From positions 3,928 to 38,752 of the forward strand of contig CAZNDY010000003.1 in assembly GCA_964572055.1 (NCBI GenBank): 34,825 nt of DNA, in the 5' to 3' direction. The notes beneath the pieces were generated by a model that was not told where the DNA came from, ran no database searches, and was given only the letters and a program-made list of their open reading frames with translations. The position numbers and the translations under genes are program-made. This document shows, one piece after another, positions 19,455-28,384 of this stretch. Numbering within the stretch: the stretch's first letter is position 1; every line of letters begins with the position of its first letter. This DNA comes from an uncultured Gammaproteobacteria bacterium (GTDB taxonomy: Bacteria; Patescibacteriota; Patescibacteriia; Patescibacteriales; UBA12465).

Positions 19455-20219
19455 ATGAGCAATTTAAAAGAAATAATTTCAAAAAATTATAAACTAAAAT
19501 TTCCCGCTTTAATGTATAATGTTTTAAAATGGGAAAAAGAGAGAGTTGATAAAAATTTTACCAAAGGTTCTTACTTTGAAGACATCAATGATAAATTTGG
19601 AATTTTTCCAAAAACTAAACTATATCCAATGTATTTTTATGGCAATATTGAAAATCCTAAAAATAAATATGTTTTTGTTGGTATAAATCCTAGTTATACT
19701 GGCGGACTAGAAGAAAACGAATATTTAGAAGAAAAAGAATCAGTTGCTAAATACTACCACTTTCTAAAAAACGCTTTTATTTGGTGGAATATTAAACTTG
19801 ATCACAAGTTTCTTCCTTATTTTAATAAAATTTCTTTATATCTAAGTGAAACAGAGAATATAAAAAGAGAAGAGATTAGTTATAAATGGTTACAAGAAAA
19901 TGTTATTAATTTAGAATTAATTCCTTATCACTCTAAAAGTGCTGATGGTTTGTTGGTTAATAATATTGAAGAATATTATCAAACATATTTTGAATTATTT
20001 AGAAAAGCCATAAAACATATTAACCCTAATAAAAAAATAGTTTTTTTTGGTTCGTCTAGTTTTGAAAACATATTTGTTGATAATAATATTTTTAACAAAG
20101 ACATTATTATTGAAAAAAACAACAGTATCTATTCTGGAAAAATATTTGGTAAATATGATTTTATAGTCTTACCCTTTAGATTTTCCAAAAATATTTTATC
20201 AAATCAGGGCAGAGATTAG
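19455..20219 (+). CDS. uracil-DNA-glycosylase-superfamily protein (Brig1-like, putative anti-phage)
   Basis: PMYFYGN...YVFVGINPS and LELIPYHSK motifs; IVFFG. Confidence 0.55.
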   Translation: MSNLKEIISKNYKLKFPALMYNVLKWEKERVDKNFTKGSYFEDINDKFGIFPKTKLYPMYFYGNIENPKNKYVFVGINPSYTGGLEENEYLEEKESVAKYYHFLKNAFIWWNIKLDHKFLPYFNKISLYLSETENIKREEISYKWLQENVINLELIPYHSKSADGLLVNNIEEYYQTYFELFRKAIKHINPNKKIVFFGSSSFENIFVDNNIFNKDIIIEKNNSIYSGKIFGKYDFIVLPFRFSKNILSNQGRD

Positions 20220-20236
20220 GTCATTTGGTGTTCATT

Positions 20237-21373
20237 TTATTTCTCTCTTAGTATTCTTTTAATTTCTTCCAATGCATCGATAGGTTTGTTTTTTTCATAA
20301 ATATTTTTTTCTTGATTTAGTTTTCTTAATTCATCAGCTTTTTTTTCTTCTAAAATTTTAGATTCCTCACATTCTTTATTTCTTTTTTCAGCTTCTCTCA
20401 CGATATCACTTAGATAATAAATTGCAGATGATCCTGGTAATTCTTTGCTAGATTCATAATTGTGAATATCTTTATTTATAGATTCAATTTTTCTATTACT
20501 AAAACCAACTCGTCCATCTTTAGTTTTTAGTAAATATTCTTGTAGATAAGTATCTTTAGGTATATTTTTTATTGTATCACTAACAATATCTTCATTCTTA
20601 AATTTTTCTGACCATAAAACTTTATCGTTACTATCAAATAATGGGTATAGTTTAAAAACTCCTTTTATTCTTTCTTCTAAAATATCTTTCATTAAATTAA
20701 ATAATATAGAGCTTGTAGAAATAGGGGTTCCTAATACTATTATTTTAGTATTAAAATCACCGCAGGATAAAACGTCTTCTTTGAACCATTCATATTTTGT
20801 GTTATTTTTTCCCCTAGAGTAGGTAACAAATTTGTTCTCTAGGTCATCACAGATAATTAAATCTGGTCTTTTACTTTTATATCTCAATCCTCTCAGAGAT
20901 TGTTCGGTTATGGCAATTATTATTTTAGCTTCAAGCTTTTCAAATTCTATCATGGTTAAGTTTTTGGTCAGTTTTCTTTCATTAATCAAATCAAAGTCAT
21001 TTATTAATAATTCGTTTTCTCTTAATTCTTCAATGATATTTTTTATTTGGGTTTTAGCTTGAAATATTGATTGGCTAATTATGAGAACAAACTTTTTTTG
21101 AGGTTTGCCCAATATTGACCACAGAGCCATTGATAGATTCAGGATTGTTGATTTTCCAGCCCCACGAAAAGCACTAATGACAACTAAGTTTATTTCAGGA
21201 TGTTCAGATAGTCCAAACATTTGTTTATGAAACCAAGAAAAAGGATATTCCATGTAATGGTTTAAATATAATCTAAAAAACCATTCATGACTTTGATAAG
21301 CCAGTGCTTGTCTAAAAGTTTTACTATTTTTGCATTCTTTAATTATTTTATTTAATTCATTATTTTTTTTCAT
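20237..21373 (-). CDS. terminase large-subunit-like ATPase, no C-terminal nuclease domain
   Basis: WFHKQM, Walker A AFRGAGKST, LRGLR..RPDLIICDDLE (Walker B), IVLGTP, YLQEYL; then a charged helical tail. Confidence 0.8.
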   Translation of the reverse strand: MKKNNELNKIIKECKNSKTFRQALAYQSHEWFFRLYLNHYMEYPFSWFHKQMFGLSEHPEINLVVISAFRGAGKSTILNLSMALWSILGKPQKKFVLIISQSIFQAKTQIKNIIEELRENELLINDFDLINERKLTKNLTMIEFEKLEAKIIIAITEQSLRGLRYKSKRPDLIICDDLENKFVTYSRGKNNTKYEWFKEDVLSCGDFNTKIIVLGTPISTSSILFNLMKDILEERIKGVFKLYPLFDSNDKVLWSEKFKNEDIVSDTIKNIPKDTYLQEYLLKTKDGRVGFSNRKIESINKDIHNYESSKELPGSSAIYYLSDIVREAEKRNKECEESKILEEKKADELRKLNQEKNIYEKNKPIDALEEIKRILREK

Positions 21374-21755
21374 AGTTCTTATTATTAATTATATACAAAG
21401 CTTTTTCTAGAAGCCTTGATTGTTCTAGACTTAATTTTTCTTGAACTATTTTTATTTGTTGATTTTTTTCTGTAAAATCAGGATGATTGTTTTTGAGCCA
21501 ATAGATAATGGCGGTTATATTTCCTGATTTAATAAGTTCAATAAGCTTAGAATAAGCTAAATCATTTATAACTAGTTTGCCGTTTTTTATGGCGTTTTCG
21601 CAGGCTTCTTTAAATTTGCTGTCTTTTTCTAGCCAACGATAATAGGTAGTTCTGGTTATTTGAACTTTTCGGCAGACAAACTCAATAATTGGATTTGTCT
21701 CTAAAAAATTTATAATCAGTTCTTTTATTTTTTCTTTATCTTTAATTTCATTCAT
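21360..21755 (-). CDS. terminase small-subunit-like HTH protein
   Basis: CRKVQITRTTYYRW HTH; GNITAIIYWLKN motif; directly upstream of and overlapping the TerL-like gene. Confidence 0.75.
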   Translation of the reverse strand: MNEIKDKEKIKELIINFLETNPIIEFVCRKVQITRTTYYRWLEKDSKFKEACENAIKNGKLVINDLAYSKLIELIKSGNITAIIYWLKNNHPDFTEKNQQIKIVQEKLSLEQSRLLEKALYIINNKNYEKK

Positions 21756-22516
21756 AACTTTATCTCATCTATCAAAACAGATTTCTTTCTACTTAATTTT
21801 TCCCATCTAGAAATAATTGTTTGACAATGCTCTTTGTCAAGCTCCACCATTAAACATTTTCTTTTTAAATGTTCTGAAGCTATTAGTAGTGATCCAGAAC
21901 CACCAAAGCCATCAAAAACCACATCATTTATTCTAGTGCTATTTAAAAGAATTTTTCTAAGCAGTCCAACCGGTTTCATGGTGCTATGTAGTTTACTTTT
22001 ATTTGGTTTGGGGTAAAAAATGACGCTCTTATCCTTGCTTCTTATAAATTCATGTTTCTTATACCAACCATAAGCGATTAATTCGTGTTGGGGCAGATAA
22101 TCTAGTCGTCCCACCACTGCTTGAGATTTTATCCAGATAAGTAATTGAGAGAATTTAAATCCAGCTCGAAGCATAGCTTCTTTTAAGGGAAATATCATCT
22201 TGTCAGAATTAAATATATATATAGAATTTTTTCTTTCTAAATATTCTTTGATGTTATTTAACCAAGCAAGAGTAAATTCTTTATATTCTTCATCTGTTTG
22301 GGTTTGGTCGTTGGCTATTATTTTTTCACAGGCTAATTTTTGTTTAAAGCCAATTTTACTTTCAACATAAGCTACACCATAAGGAACATCGGTTATGATG
22401 CTCTTTATCTTATCCTGAGCTATTAGTCTTTTAAGTAAATCTTTATCATTAATATCCCCGCAAGCTAGACGATGATCACCCAATTTAAAGATGTCTCCAT
22501 ATTTAATGTTTTCCAT
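21752..22516 (-). CDS. beta-class amino-DNA methyltransferase
   Basis: LGDHRLACGD, ITDVPYG (variant DPPY), HSTMKPV, DGFGGSGS. Confidence 0.9.
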   Translation of the reverse strand: MENIKYGDIFKLGDHRLACGDINDKDLLKRLIAQDKIKSIITDVPYGVAYVESKIGFKQKLACEKIIANDQTQTDEEYKEFTLAWLNNIKEYLERKNSIYIFNSDKMIFPLKEAMLRAGFKFSQLLIWIKSQAVVGRLDYLPQHELIAYGWYKKHEFIRSKDKSVIFYPKPNKSKLHSTMKPVGLLRKILLNSTRINDVVFDGFGGSGSLLIASEHLKRKCLMVELDKEHCQTIISRWEKLSRKKSVLIDEIKL

Positions 22517-22520
22517 ATAA

Positions 22521-23792
22521 TTATTTATTTAAAAGTACTGCTTTTGCGCCAGTTAACTTTTCAAATCTATTAATTATTAGTTGGCAAAATATCGGGCTTT
22601 GTTCAATTAAATAAGCCCTTCTTTTTAATTGCTCACAAGCAATCAGAGTTGATCCAGAGCCACCAAATAAGTCTAGTATAATGTCATTGACCTTTGAACA
22701 TCTTCTTAGGGCTTTCTCGTGAAGTACCGGAGGTTTAGATGTTGGGTGTTCATAATCTTGTCCTGGCATTCGTTTAACCAGCCAAATATCTAGTATATCT
22801 AAGATATCTTCAATAGCTCTATTACCAGTTCCTATTTCTTTATTTAAAAGTTCATTTAAATTTTGAGCAGGGGACAAGTAAGGCGAACCAACAGTTCCAT
22901 AAACACATGGTTCATAGCATTTATTAAAAGCTATTTTAGGTGTTGGATTAAAACCATTTTTAATCCATAAACAAACTCTTTGATTGTTTATTTTTAGATC
23001 AGAGTAAATGCTTTGTAGTAGGCCAATATATTTTTGGTCGCAGTAATAAAAGAAGTGAGAATCGGTCATACTGACCGATAAAGCATTTTTAATAGTTTGT
23101 TCTAAAAATATTTTATAATCTTTATAACTTTTTTTGTCATTAACTTTTCCTCCATAGTTTTGTTTATTTCCAAGACCTTTATTGTAATCCAGTGATATAT
23201 TATATGGAGGGTCGCAATATATCATTCTACCTTTATTATCTCCCATTAATTTTTTAACAGAAGATTCTTTAGTAGAATCAGCACATAATAAGCGGTGATT
23301 TCCTAGAGAAAATAAATCCCCACTTTTTATATTAGTTTCTTTTATCTTTTCTAATTCCTTTTCTTCTTCAAAATTATCATCTTCAATTTCTAAAACATCA
23401 TCCCAAATATCATTTAATTCTGTATCACTAAAACCAACATCAAGCAGTAAGCTGGAGTCAAATTCTCTAAGTAGGTAAAAATCCCATGATCCAGTGTTTT
23501 TATTGAGTCTTAAATTAAGCTCTCGTTCTTTTTCTTTATTTAAGTCTAAAAACACCACAGGCACCTCTTTATAGCCTAATTTTTTAGCTATTTTTAATCT
23601 TTGATGACCGCCAATAACTATATTTTGTCTGTCTTTATTAGAATTAACCAAAATAGGATCAACCAAACCAAAGCTTTTAATGCTTTCAGTTAAATCAGCT
23701 TCTTGCTTACTGTCTAACTTTCTTGGGTTATATTCAGCCATTCTTAGCAAATCTACATTTATTTCAACGATTTTTAAATTGTTACTTAACAT
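22521..23792 (-). CDS. ParB/Srx-domain fused beta-class DNA (adenine) methyltransferase
   Basis: AEYNPRK, FGLVDPILVN, IGGHQR (ParB-like); LGNHRLLCAD, CDPPYN, HPTSKP, DLFGGSGST. ATG 23792 preferred over TTG 23837, which lies in a hairpin. Confidence 0.92.
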   Translation of the reverse strand: MLSNNLKIVEINVDLLRMAEYNPRKLDSKQEADLTESIKSFGLVDPILVNSNKDRQNIVIGGHQRLKIAKKLGYKEVPVVFLDLNKEKERELNLRLNKNTGSWDFYLLREFDSSLLLDVGFSDTELNDIWDDVLEIEDDNFEEEKELEKIKETNIKSGDLFSLGNHRLLCADSTKESSVKKLMGDNKGRMIYCDPPYNISLDYNKGLGNKQNYGGKVNDKKSYKDYKIFLEQTIKNALSVSMTDSHFFYYCDQKYIGLLQSIYSDLKINNQRVCLWIKNGFNPTPKIAFNKCYEPCVYGTVGSPYLSPAQNLNELLNKEIGTGNRAIEDILDILDIWLVKRMPGQDYEHPTSKPPVLHEKALRRCSKVNDIILDLFGGSGSTLIACEQLKRRAYLIEQSPIFCQLIINRFEKLTGAKAVLLNK

Positions 23793-23821
23793 AAAATTAT
23801 ATTTAATTATAAAATTAGTTA

Positions 23822-23857
23822 AATAATAAAAAATCAACGTTTTTAACGTTGATTTTT
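23822..23857 (-). terminator. intrinsic terminator/attenuator in the leader of the methylase operon
   Basis: Minus strand AAAAATCAACGTT-AAA-AACGTTGATTTTTTATTATTT, about 30 nt upstream of ATG 23792. Confidence 0.65.
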
Positions 23858-23937
23858 AGTGTTTTTTGTACAAAAAAAGACAAATAAGCATTAAAATATA
23901 TGCGCTAAAAGCGAAGATATCTCAATTCAAATTCGTC

Positions 23938-24109
23938 TGTACATCTATGGTAAATGTACACTCGTGTATCTAGCTGAGCAGCTGACGACAATTTTGGCAC
24001 CTTTTATTAGCTACAACCCTTTTATTACAATAGAGGGCGAAACTATGGGTCTAATACGGTTGCATGAGTGTATTTATTTATTAATTAACTTAAGTCTTTC
24101 AACTTATCT
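23938..24109 (-). ncRNA. structured 5' leader, candidate SAM-I-like riboswitch variant
   Basis: Closing stem TACACTCATG/CACGAGTGTA; GCAACC-(GTATTAG...CTAATA)-AAAGGTGCCAA; AGCT hairpin then AGAT; lies between a promoter and a terminator. Confidence 0.45.
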
Positions 24110-24115
24110 AATAAC

Positions 24116-24144
24116 ATTATAGCATATTTAAACATATATTTCAA
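24116..24144 (-). promoter_or_regulatory. strong sigma70-type promoter of the methylase-terminase operon leader
   Basis: Minus strand TTGAAA-N17-TATAAT with an extended TG motif. Confidence 0.75.
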
Positions 24145-24209
24145 GGATTTTTTTGACTAAAATGTGTAAAATAGGTTGAAAAAAACTGGACAGTTTAGCT
24201 ATAATTATC

Positions 24210-24238
24210 TTGAAGCCATGTATTTTTAGTGGTAAAAT
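24210..24238 (+). promoter_or_regulatory. sigma70-type promoter of the HEPN gene (divergent)
   Basis: TTGAAG-N17-TAAAAT with TG; a second candidate TTGAAA-N18-TATAAT at 24176-24205. Confidence 0.55.
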
Positions 24239-24258
24239 GAAGGTGTAATATAAAATTT

Positions 24259-26037
24259 ATGTCTGATAGAAACATATACATTTCTCAATACTTCAAAAAT
24301 GTATTTAATTCAAATATAATCGATTCTTTTAGACCTAGATACTCTAACGTACATATTATATTGGAAGAACTTTTGGATACGTGCAAATTAGTTGAAAAAA
24401 ACATTATATCTAACTATTATTTACCTAAAATTATTGAGGAGGCGATTATCCTTATTAACGACGACGTAATTTTAAACCAAGATAAAAATATAAAAAGAAG
24501 AAATTTTTTATTGAAAAAATTGAGTTTGACCGGAAAAAAGATTGGAGAAATAGATTGTTTTATTCAATTTTTAAAATTAGAATTGGTTTTCATGAGAAAA
24601 AAATATCTCAATTCTCTTAAAGAAGAAATTTTTGCAATTAGTGATAAGAGAAAAAAAGTTGATAAGTATCCAAAACAAAAGATTAGGAGATTGTTGGGCT
24701 CTTTTATTAGTGAATGTATGTTCGTTGGGGTTTCCTTTAAATCTTTAAAAAAATTAGGATCACTAAAAAAAGAATATTCAAGAACAGATATAAAGAAAAT
24801 AATAGATAAAATATTAAGTAAAAAATCATTTAATTTTTATTTATTATTATTTGGTGTTGATAATAGTGCAATTGATTTTTTTGTAAAAACATTTAAGAAC
24901 ACTAAAGATAAGTCATTTTTGGTTCATAAAAAATGGCCAACAAAAATTATTCCAAAAGCTTTTAAATCAGAAATGAGTAGAAGAAAATATGTTGTTTTTG
25001 AAATTAAAAAACGGAAATTTTTGGATTGTTATGGAGGATTATTGGAAATCAGAACAGCCCTAGAACCAATAGTTAATATTGTTCATATATTCTATCCAGG
25101 AAAACAATTATATTTTTTTAATAAAGGTTTTATAATGGATTATTCTTCAAACAAGAAATCATCAACAATTAACTATATTGATGTTGTAAATTATAGATGT
25201 GTTAACAATGAAACAGTCGATGAAAAAATATTTTCTTGTTTTAATTTACCAGAAGAAATACAAAACAAGTTGTTTAATTCAGCCTCTTACTTAAATATTA
25301 GTTTAAATGAATTTAATATAATAAACAAATATTTAAATGCTTGGGTTTCTATCGAAATTATTTTTAATACTGTTAAGAATGACAGTGGAGATGAGAATGG
25401 AAAAACAGTTGGTTATATTAATGAGTTTGTCCCAAAAATTTTTAGTATTTTTTATGTATCGAAAATAATTAAATTTTTATTTCAGAGAGTTTTGAGTTTG
25501 AAATTAGATATTAATGAAAAGTTTATTATTAACAACAAACATGATGTTATTGTTTTTTTGGAATATTTAAAAAAAGAAGAAAATAAAGCTATTTTGTTTA
25601 ATAGACTGGTTGGAGAAGAAGAATTGCGCGAGACTTTGTTTTATTTTGTTGATATAATATTTGATAATAAAAAACTTTCTAAACTATTAGAAAAACATAA
25701 AGAAAAAATATTGTTTCATTTACAGAGGTTGTATCGGTTGCGCAACATTTTAATTCATGGAGGAGAAAAAAACATTAAAGCGGATGGTCTATATAATATT
25801 TCTTCGATTGCTATGTTGTGTACCAATTGTCAAGAATATTCAACACAGCTTATAAGTTATATTTCCGAAATTTATATTAATTTGCCAGAAAAATATGAAC
25901 GAGATAAATTAACCATGTTCAATATCTTAAATCTTTTTTCGGTGTTATATGATAAAATTGTATACAAATTAGATAAAGATGACTTTGATTTTAATGAATT
26001 AAAAAAAATGTTTTCACCAATTGATTTTATAGAATAA
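24259..26037 (+). CDS. ApeA-like HEPN-domain protein (putative RNase effector)
   Basis: C-terminal KYLNAWVSIE helix and LYRLRNILIHGG (RxxxxH). Confidence 0.7.
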   Translation: MSDRNIYISQYFKNVFNSNIIDSFRPRYSNVHIILEELLDTCKLVEKNIISNYYLPKIIEEAIILINDDVILNQDKNIKRRNFLLKKLSLTGKKIGEIDCFIQFLKLELVFMRKKYLNSLKEEIFAISDKRKKVDKYPKQKIRRLLGSFISECMFVGVSFKSLKKLGSLKKEYSRTDIKKIIDKILSKKSFNFYLLLFGVDNSAIDFFVKTFKNTKDKSFLVHKKWPTKIIPKAFKSEMSRRKYVVFEIKKRKFLDCYGGLLEIRTALEPIVNIVHIFYPGKQLYFFNKGFIMDYSSNKKSSTINYIDVVNYRCVNNETVDEKIFSCFNLPEEIQNKLFNSASYLNISLNEFNIINKYLNAWVSIEIIFNTVKNDSGDENGKTVGYINEFVPKIFSIFYVSKIIKFLFQRVLSLKLDINEKFIINNKHDVIVFLEYLKKEENKAILFNRLVGEEELRETLFYFVDIIFDNKKLSKLLEKHKEKILFHLQRLYRLRNILIHGGEKNIKADGLYNISSIAMLCTNCQEYSTQLISYISEIYINLPEKYERDKLTMFNILNLFSVLYDKIVYKLDKDDFDFNELKKMFSPIDFIE

Positions 26038-26112
26038 GTTTTATCTTTTGTGTTGGTGTTATTAGTGTTTTTAATATTTTAATATAATTTATAACTTTAA
26101 TAATTTTTACCA

Positions 26113-27342
26113 ATGAATAACGATAATAAATTAAACAGAAAGTTTATAGTTTGGAGTATTTTTATTGGAGCAGTTTTTAGTTTTTTAATTAATATTATTT
26201 CTAATGCTTGTTATGATGTTTTTGTTTCAAAAAGCATAGAATTGAATAATTTGGATTGGCGTATTTGTACTTTTTGCATTTTGTTTTTAATTGCTTTAAT
26301 TGGATACTCTTTCTTTTTTATATACGACTATCCAGAGACACCAAAATTAACATTTAAGTATTTGGAAAGATTTTGGTCTTATTTTAATAATATTTTTTTA
26401 TTGGGTAGGATTTTGGGGCTTATTTTTGCGATTTATATTTTATTGTTTTCGTTAGTGTTGTTAGCCCCGGTCTATCTTTTATTGTGTAAGCTTTTGGGAA
26501 TTTGGTGGGGCTCAATTATGTTTATAATTATTTTTGTTTTTGTTTGGAAAGAAGATAAGTATAATAGAAAATATATGAAAAAAATATTTATTAAAAATCG
26601 TAAGAATCAAAACATCTCTGTTCTTATAGAAAAATCAAAAAATCAAAAAGGTTTGGCGTTTGTAATGCATGGTCTCGGTGGTTTTAAAGAGCAGCCTCAT
26701 ATTGAAACATTTGCCAAAGCTTTCAAAAACAATAATTATACGGTTATTAGATTTGACACAACTAATTCCTTTGGCAAAAGCGATGGTGATTATGCCGATG
26801 CCACCATAACTAATTATTATGAAGATTTAGAAGATGTTATTGATTGGTTTAAAGAGCAAAAGTTTTATCAAGAACCATTTGTTTTATGTGGTCATAGTTT
26901 GGGTGCTATTTGTTCAGCCTTGTATGCTGAAAATTATCCCGAAAAAGTTAAGGCTTTAGCGCCCATCTCAACCGTGATCAGTGGTGAATTGAGTCAGCAA
27001 ACATATTCCAAAGAAGAATTAGAAGATTGGCAAAAGACTGGTTTGCGAACGACAATTGGGTATAGTAGTGGTATTAAAAAAACTATCAAATGGGCCGAAA
27101 TGGAGGATAGATTAAAATATAATTTATTATTAAAGGTTGATAAATTAATAATGCCCGCTTTAATGCTTGTTGGCGAGCTCGATACCTCCACTCCACTAAA
27201 ACACCAGCAAATTTTATTTGATAAATTACCAGGTAAAAAGGAAATGCACGTTATAAAAGGGGCTCAGCATACTTTTAGGGATGAAAATCATTTGGATGAG
27301 ATTTATAATATTCTAAATAAATGGATCGAGAAGATTGATTAA
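26113..27342 (+). CDS. alpha/beta hydrolase with in-frame N-terminal ~4-TM segment
   Basis: HGLGG, GHSLG nucleophile elbow, GELD, GAQH. The hydrolase domain begins at an internal ATG 26575. Confidence 0.85.
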   Translation: MNNDNKLNRKFIVWSIFIGAVFSFLINIISNACYDVFVSKSIELNNLDWRICTFCILFLIALIGYSFFFIYDYPETPKLTFKYLERFWSYFNNIFLLGRILGLIFAIYILLFSLVLLAPVYLLLCKLLGIWWGSIMFIIIFVFVWKEDKYNRKYMKKIFIKNRKNQNISVLIEKSKNQKGLAFVMHGLGGFKEQPHIETFAKAFKNNNYTVIRFDTTNSFGKSDGDYADATITNYYEDLEDVIDWFKEQKFYQEPFVLCGHSLGAICSALYAENYPEKVKALAPISTVISGELSQQTYSKEELEDWQKTGLRTTIGYSSGIKKTIKWAEMEDRLKYNLLLKVDKLIMPALMLVGELDTSTPLKHQQILFDKLPGKKEMHVIKGAQHTFRDENHLDEIYNILNKWIEKID

Positions 27343-27492
27343 TTTTTTTAAAGAAATCTTATTAATATAAGAACCATAATACGATTGATTTGCATGAAAA
27401 GATCAAGAATGATAATAATAATTAGCAACAGAACTTTATTGCTATTTTTAAATTAATTTATTATAAAAAATAATTAAAACAATTTAATTTTT

Positions 27493-27651
27493 ATGGAAAA
27501 CAATAAAAAACAAGAAATACTTATTAGTCTTTCTAATCTCGAAAATTTAGTATTAAATTGTCTATTAGGTGAATCTGAAAAAGAGAAGAGGGTTTACCAT
27601 ATAATAGACAGAAACATAACAAGCATTAAAAAACAAATAAAAAATCTTTAA
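27493..27651 (+). CDS. small hypothetical protein (52 aa; not in the ORF track)
   Basis: MENNKKQEILISLSNLENLVLNCLLGESEKEKRVYHIIDRNITSIKKQIKNL*, with the AT-rich TTTTATG start context typical of neighbouring genes. Confidence 0.45.
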   Translation: MENNKKQEILISLSNLENLVLNCLLGESEKEKRVYHIIDRNITSIKKQIKNL

Positions 27652-27727
27652 GAATAACACTTCTCAAGGTAGATAAATATCTTTTTTATAGTGTAATATT
27701 TGTAACATTTAATATTTTTATAATTAT

Positions 27728-28384
27728 ATGGATCAACAAGAAACACAAACTAATATGGAAATTTACAATAAGCAATATGATAAAGTTAATAAGAATCAAA
27801 AAGAAGTGTCAATGCTTTATTTTGATGTTCGTCTTAAGAATATAGAACAACTTAGAAATTTCTTACTTAATTTAATGATTTTATCTTCTGCTATCATTGT
27901 TTCCGTGTTTCCTTTTTTGGTTAAAGACGTTTCTTACTTAAAAAATTTAAAATTAACAATAATAGGTGTCGTTTTATTAATATTAGTGGATTTGATAGGG
28001 ATTTTTTATATAAATAAAATTTTAATTAGAGAAAATAAGCATTTGAGTGAGCAGAATGAATTTCATATAAACCACATGAATGAGGAAATAAAAATGTTGT
28101 TAGAGGTGATGGGTCAAAAAAGAAACCATGAAGATTGGAAAGAAGAATATCTTAATTTTTTAAAAAACACAGTTAAAGAAGAAAAAATTATGAGAGAAAA
28201 ACAGGAATATAAAAAAATAGCTAAATGGTTTGATAGGAATTTTTCTAATTTTTTAGTTTATTTAATGATATCGGGTGTTATTTTAATAGGCATTTCTTTT
28301 TTAAATTTAGATAGTATTAGTTTTTGGAATAATCCTGTAACTTCAGAAACAGAGACTCAGTATTTTATTTGTCCTATTTTCTGA
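27728..28384 (+). CDS. hypothetical membrane protein (2 TM + coiled coil + TM)
   Basis: ORF with three hydrophobic segments. Confidence 0.7.
   Translation: MDQQETQTNMEIYNKQYDKVNKNQKEVSMLYFDVRLKNIEQLRNFLLNLMILSSAIIVSVFPFLVKDVSYLKNLKLTIIGVVLLILVDLIGIFYINKILIRENKHLSEQNEFHINHMNEEIKMLLEVMGQKRNHEDWKEEYLNFLKNTVKEEKIMREKQEYKKIAKWFDRNFSNFLVYLMISGVILIGISFLNLDSISFWNNPVTSETETQYFICPIF

Noticed and set aside
14983-23837. Complete prophage
   Set aside because: No portal, capsid, tail, lysis or replication genes are recognisable within the island.
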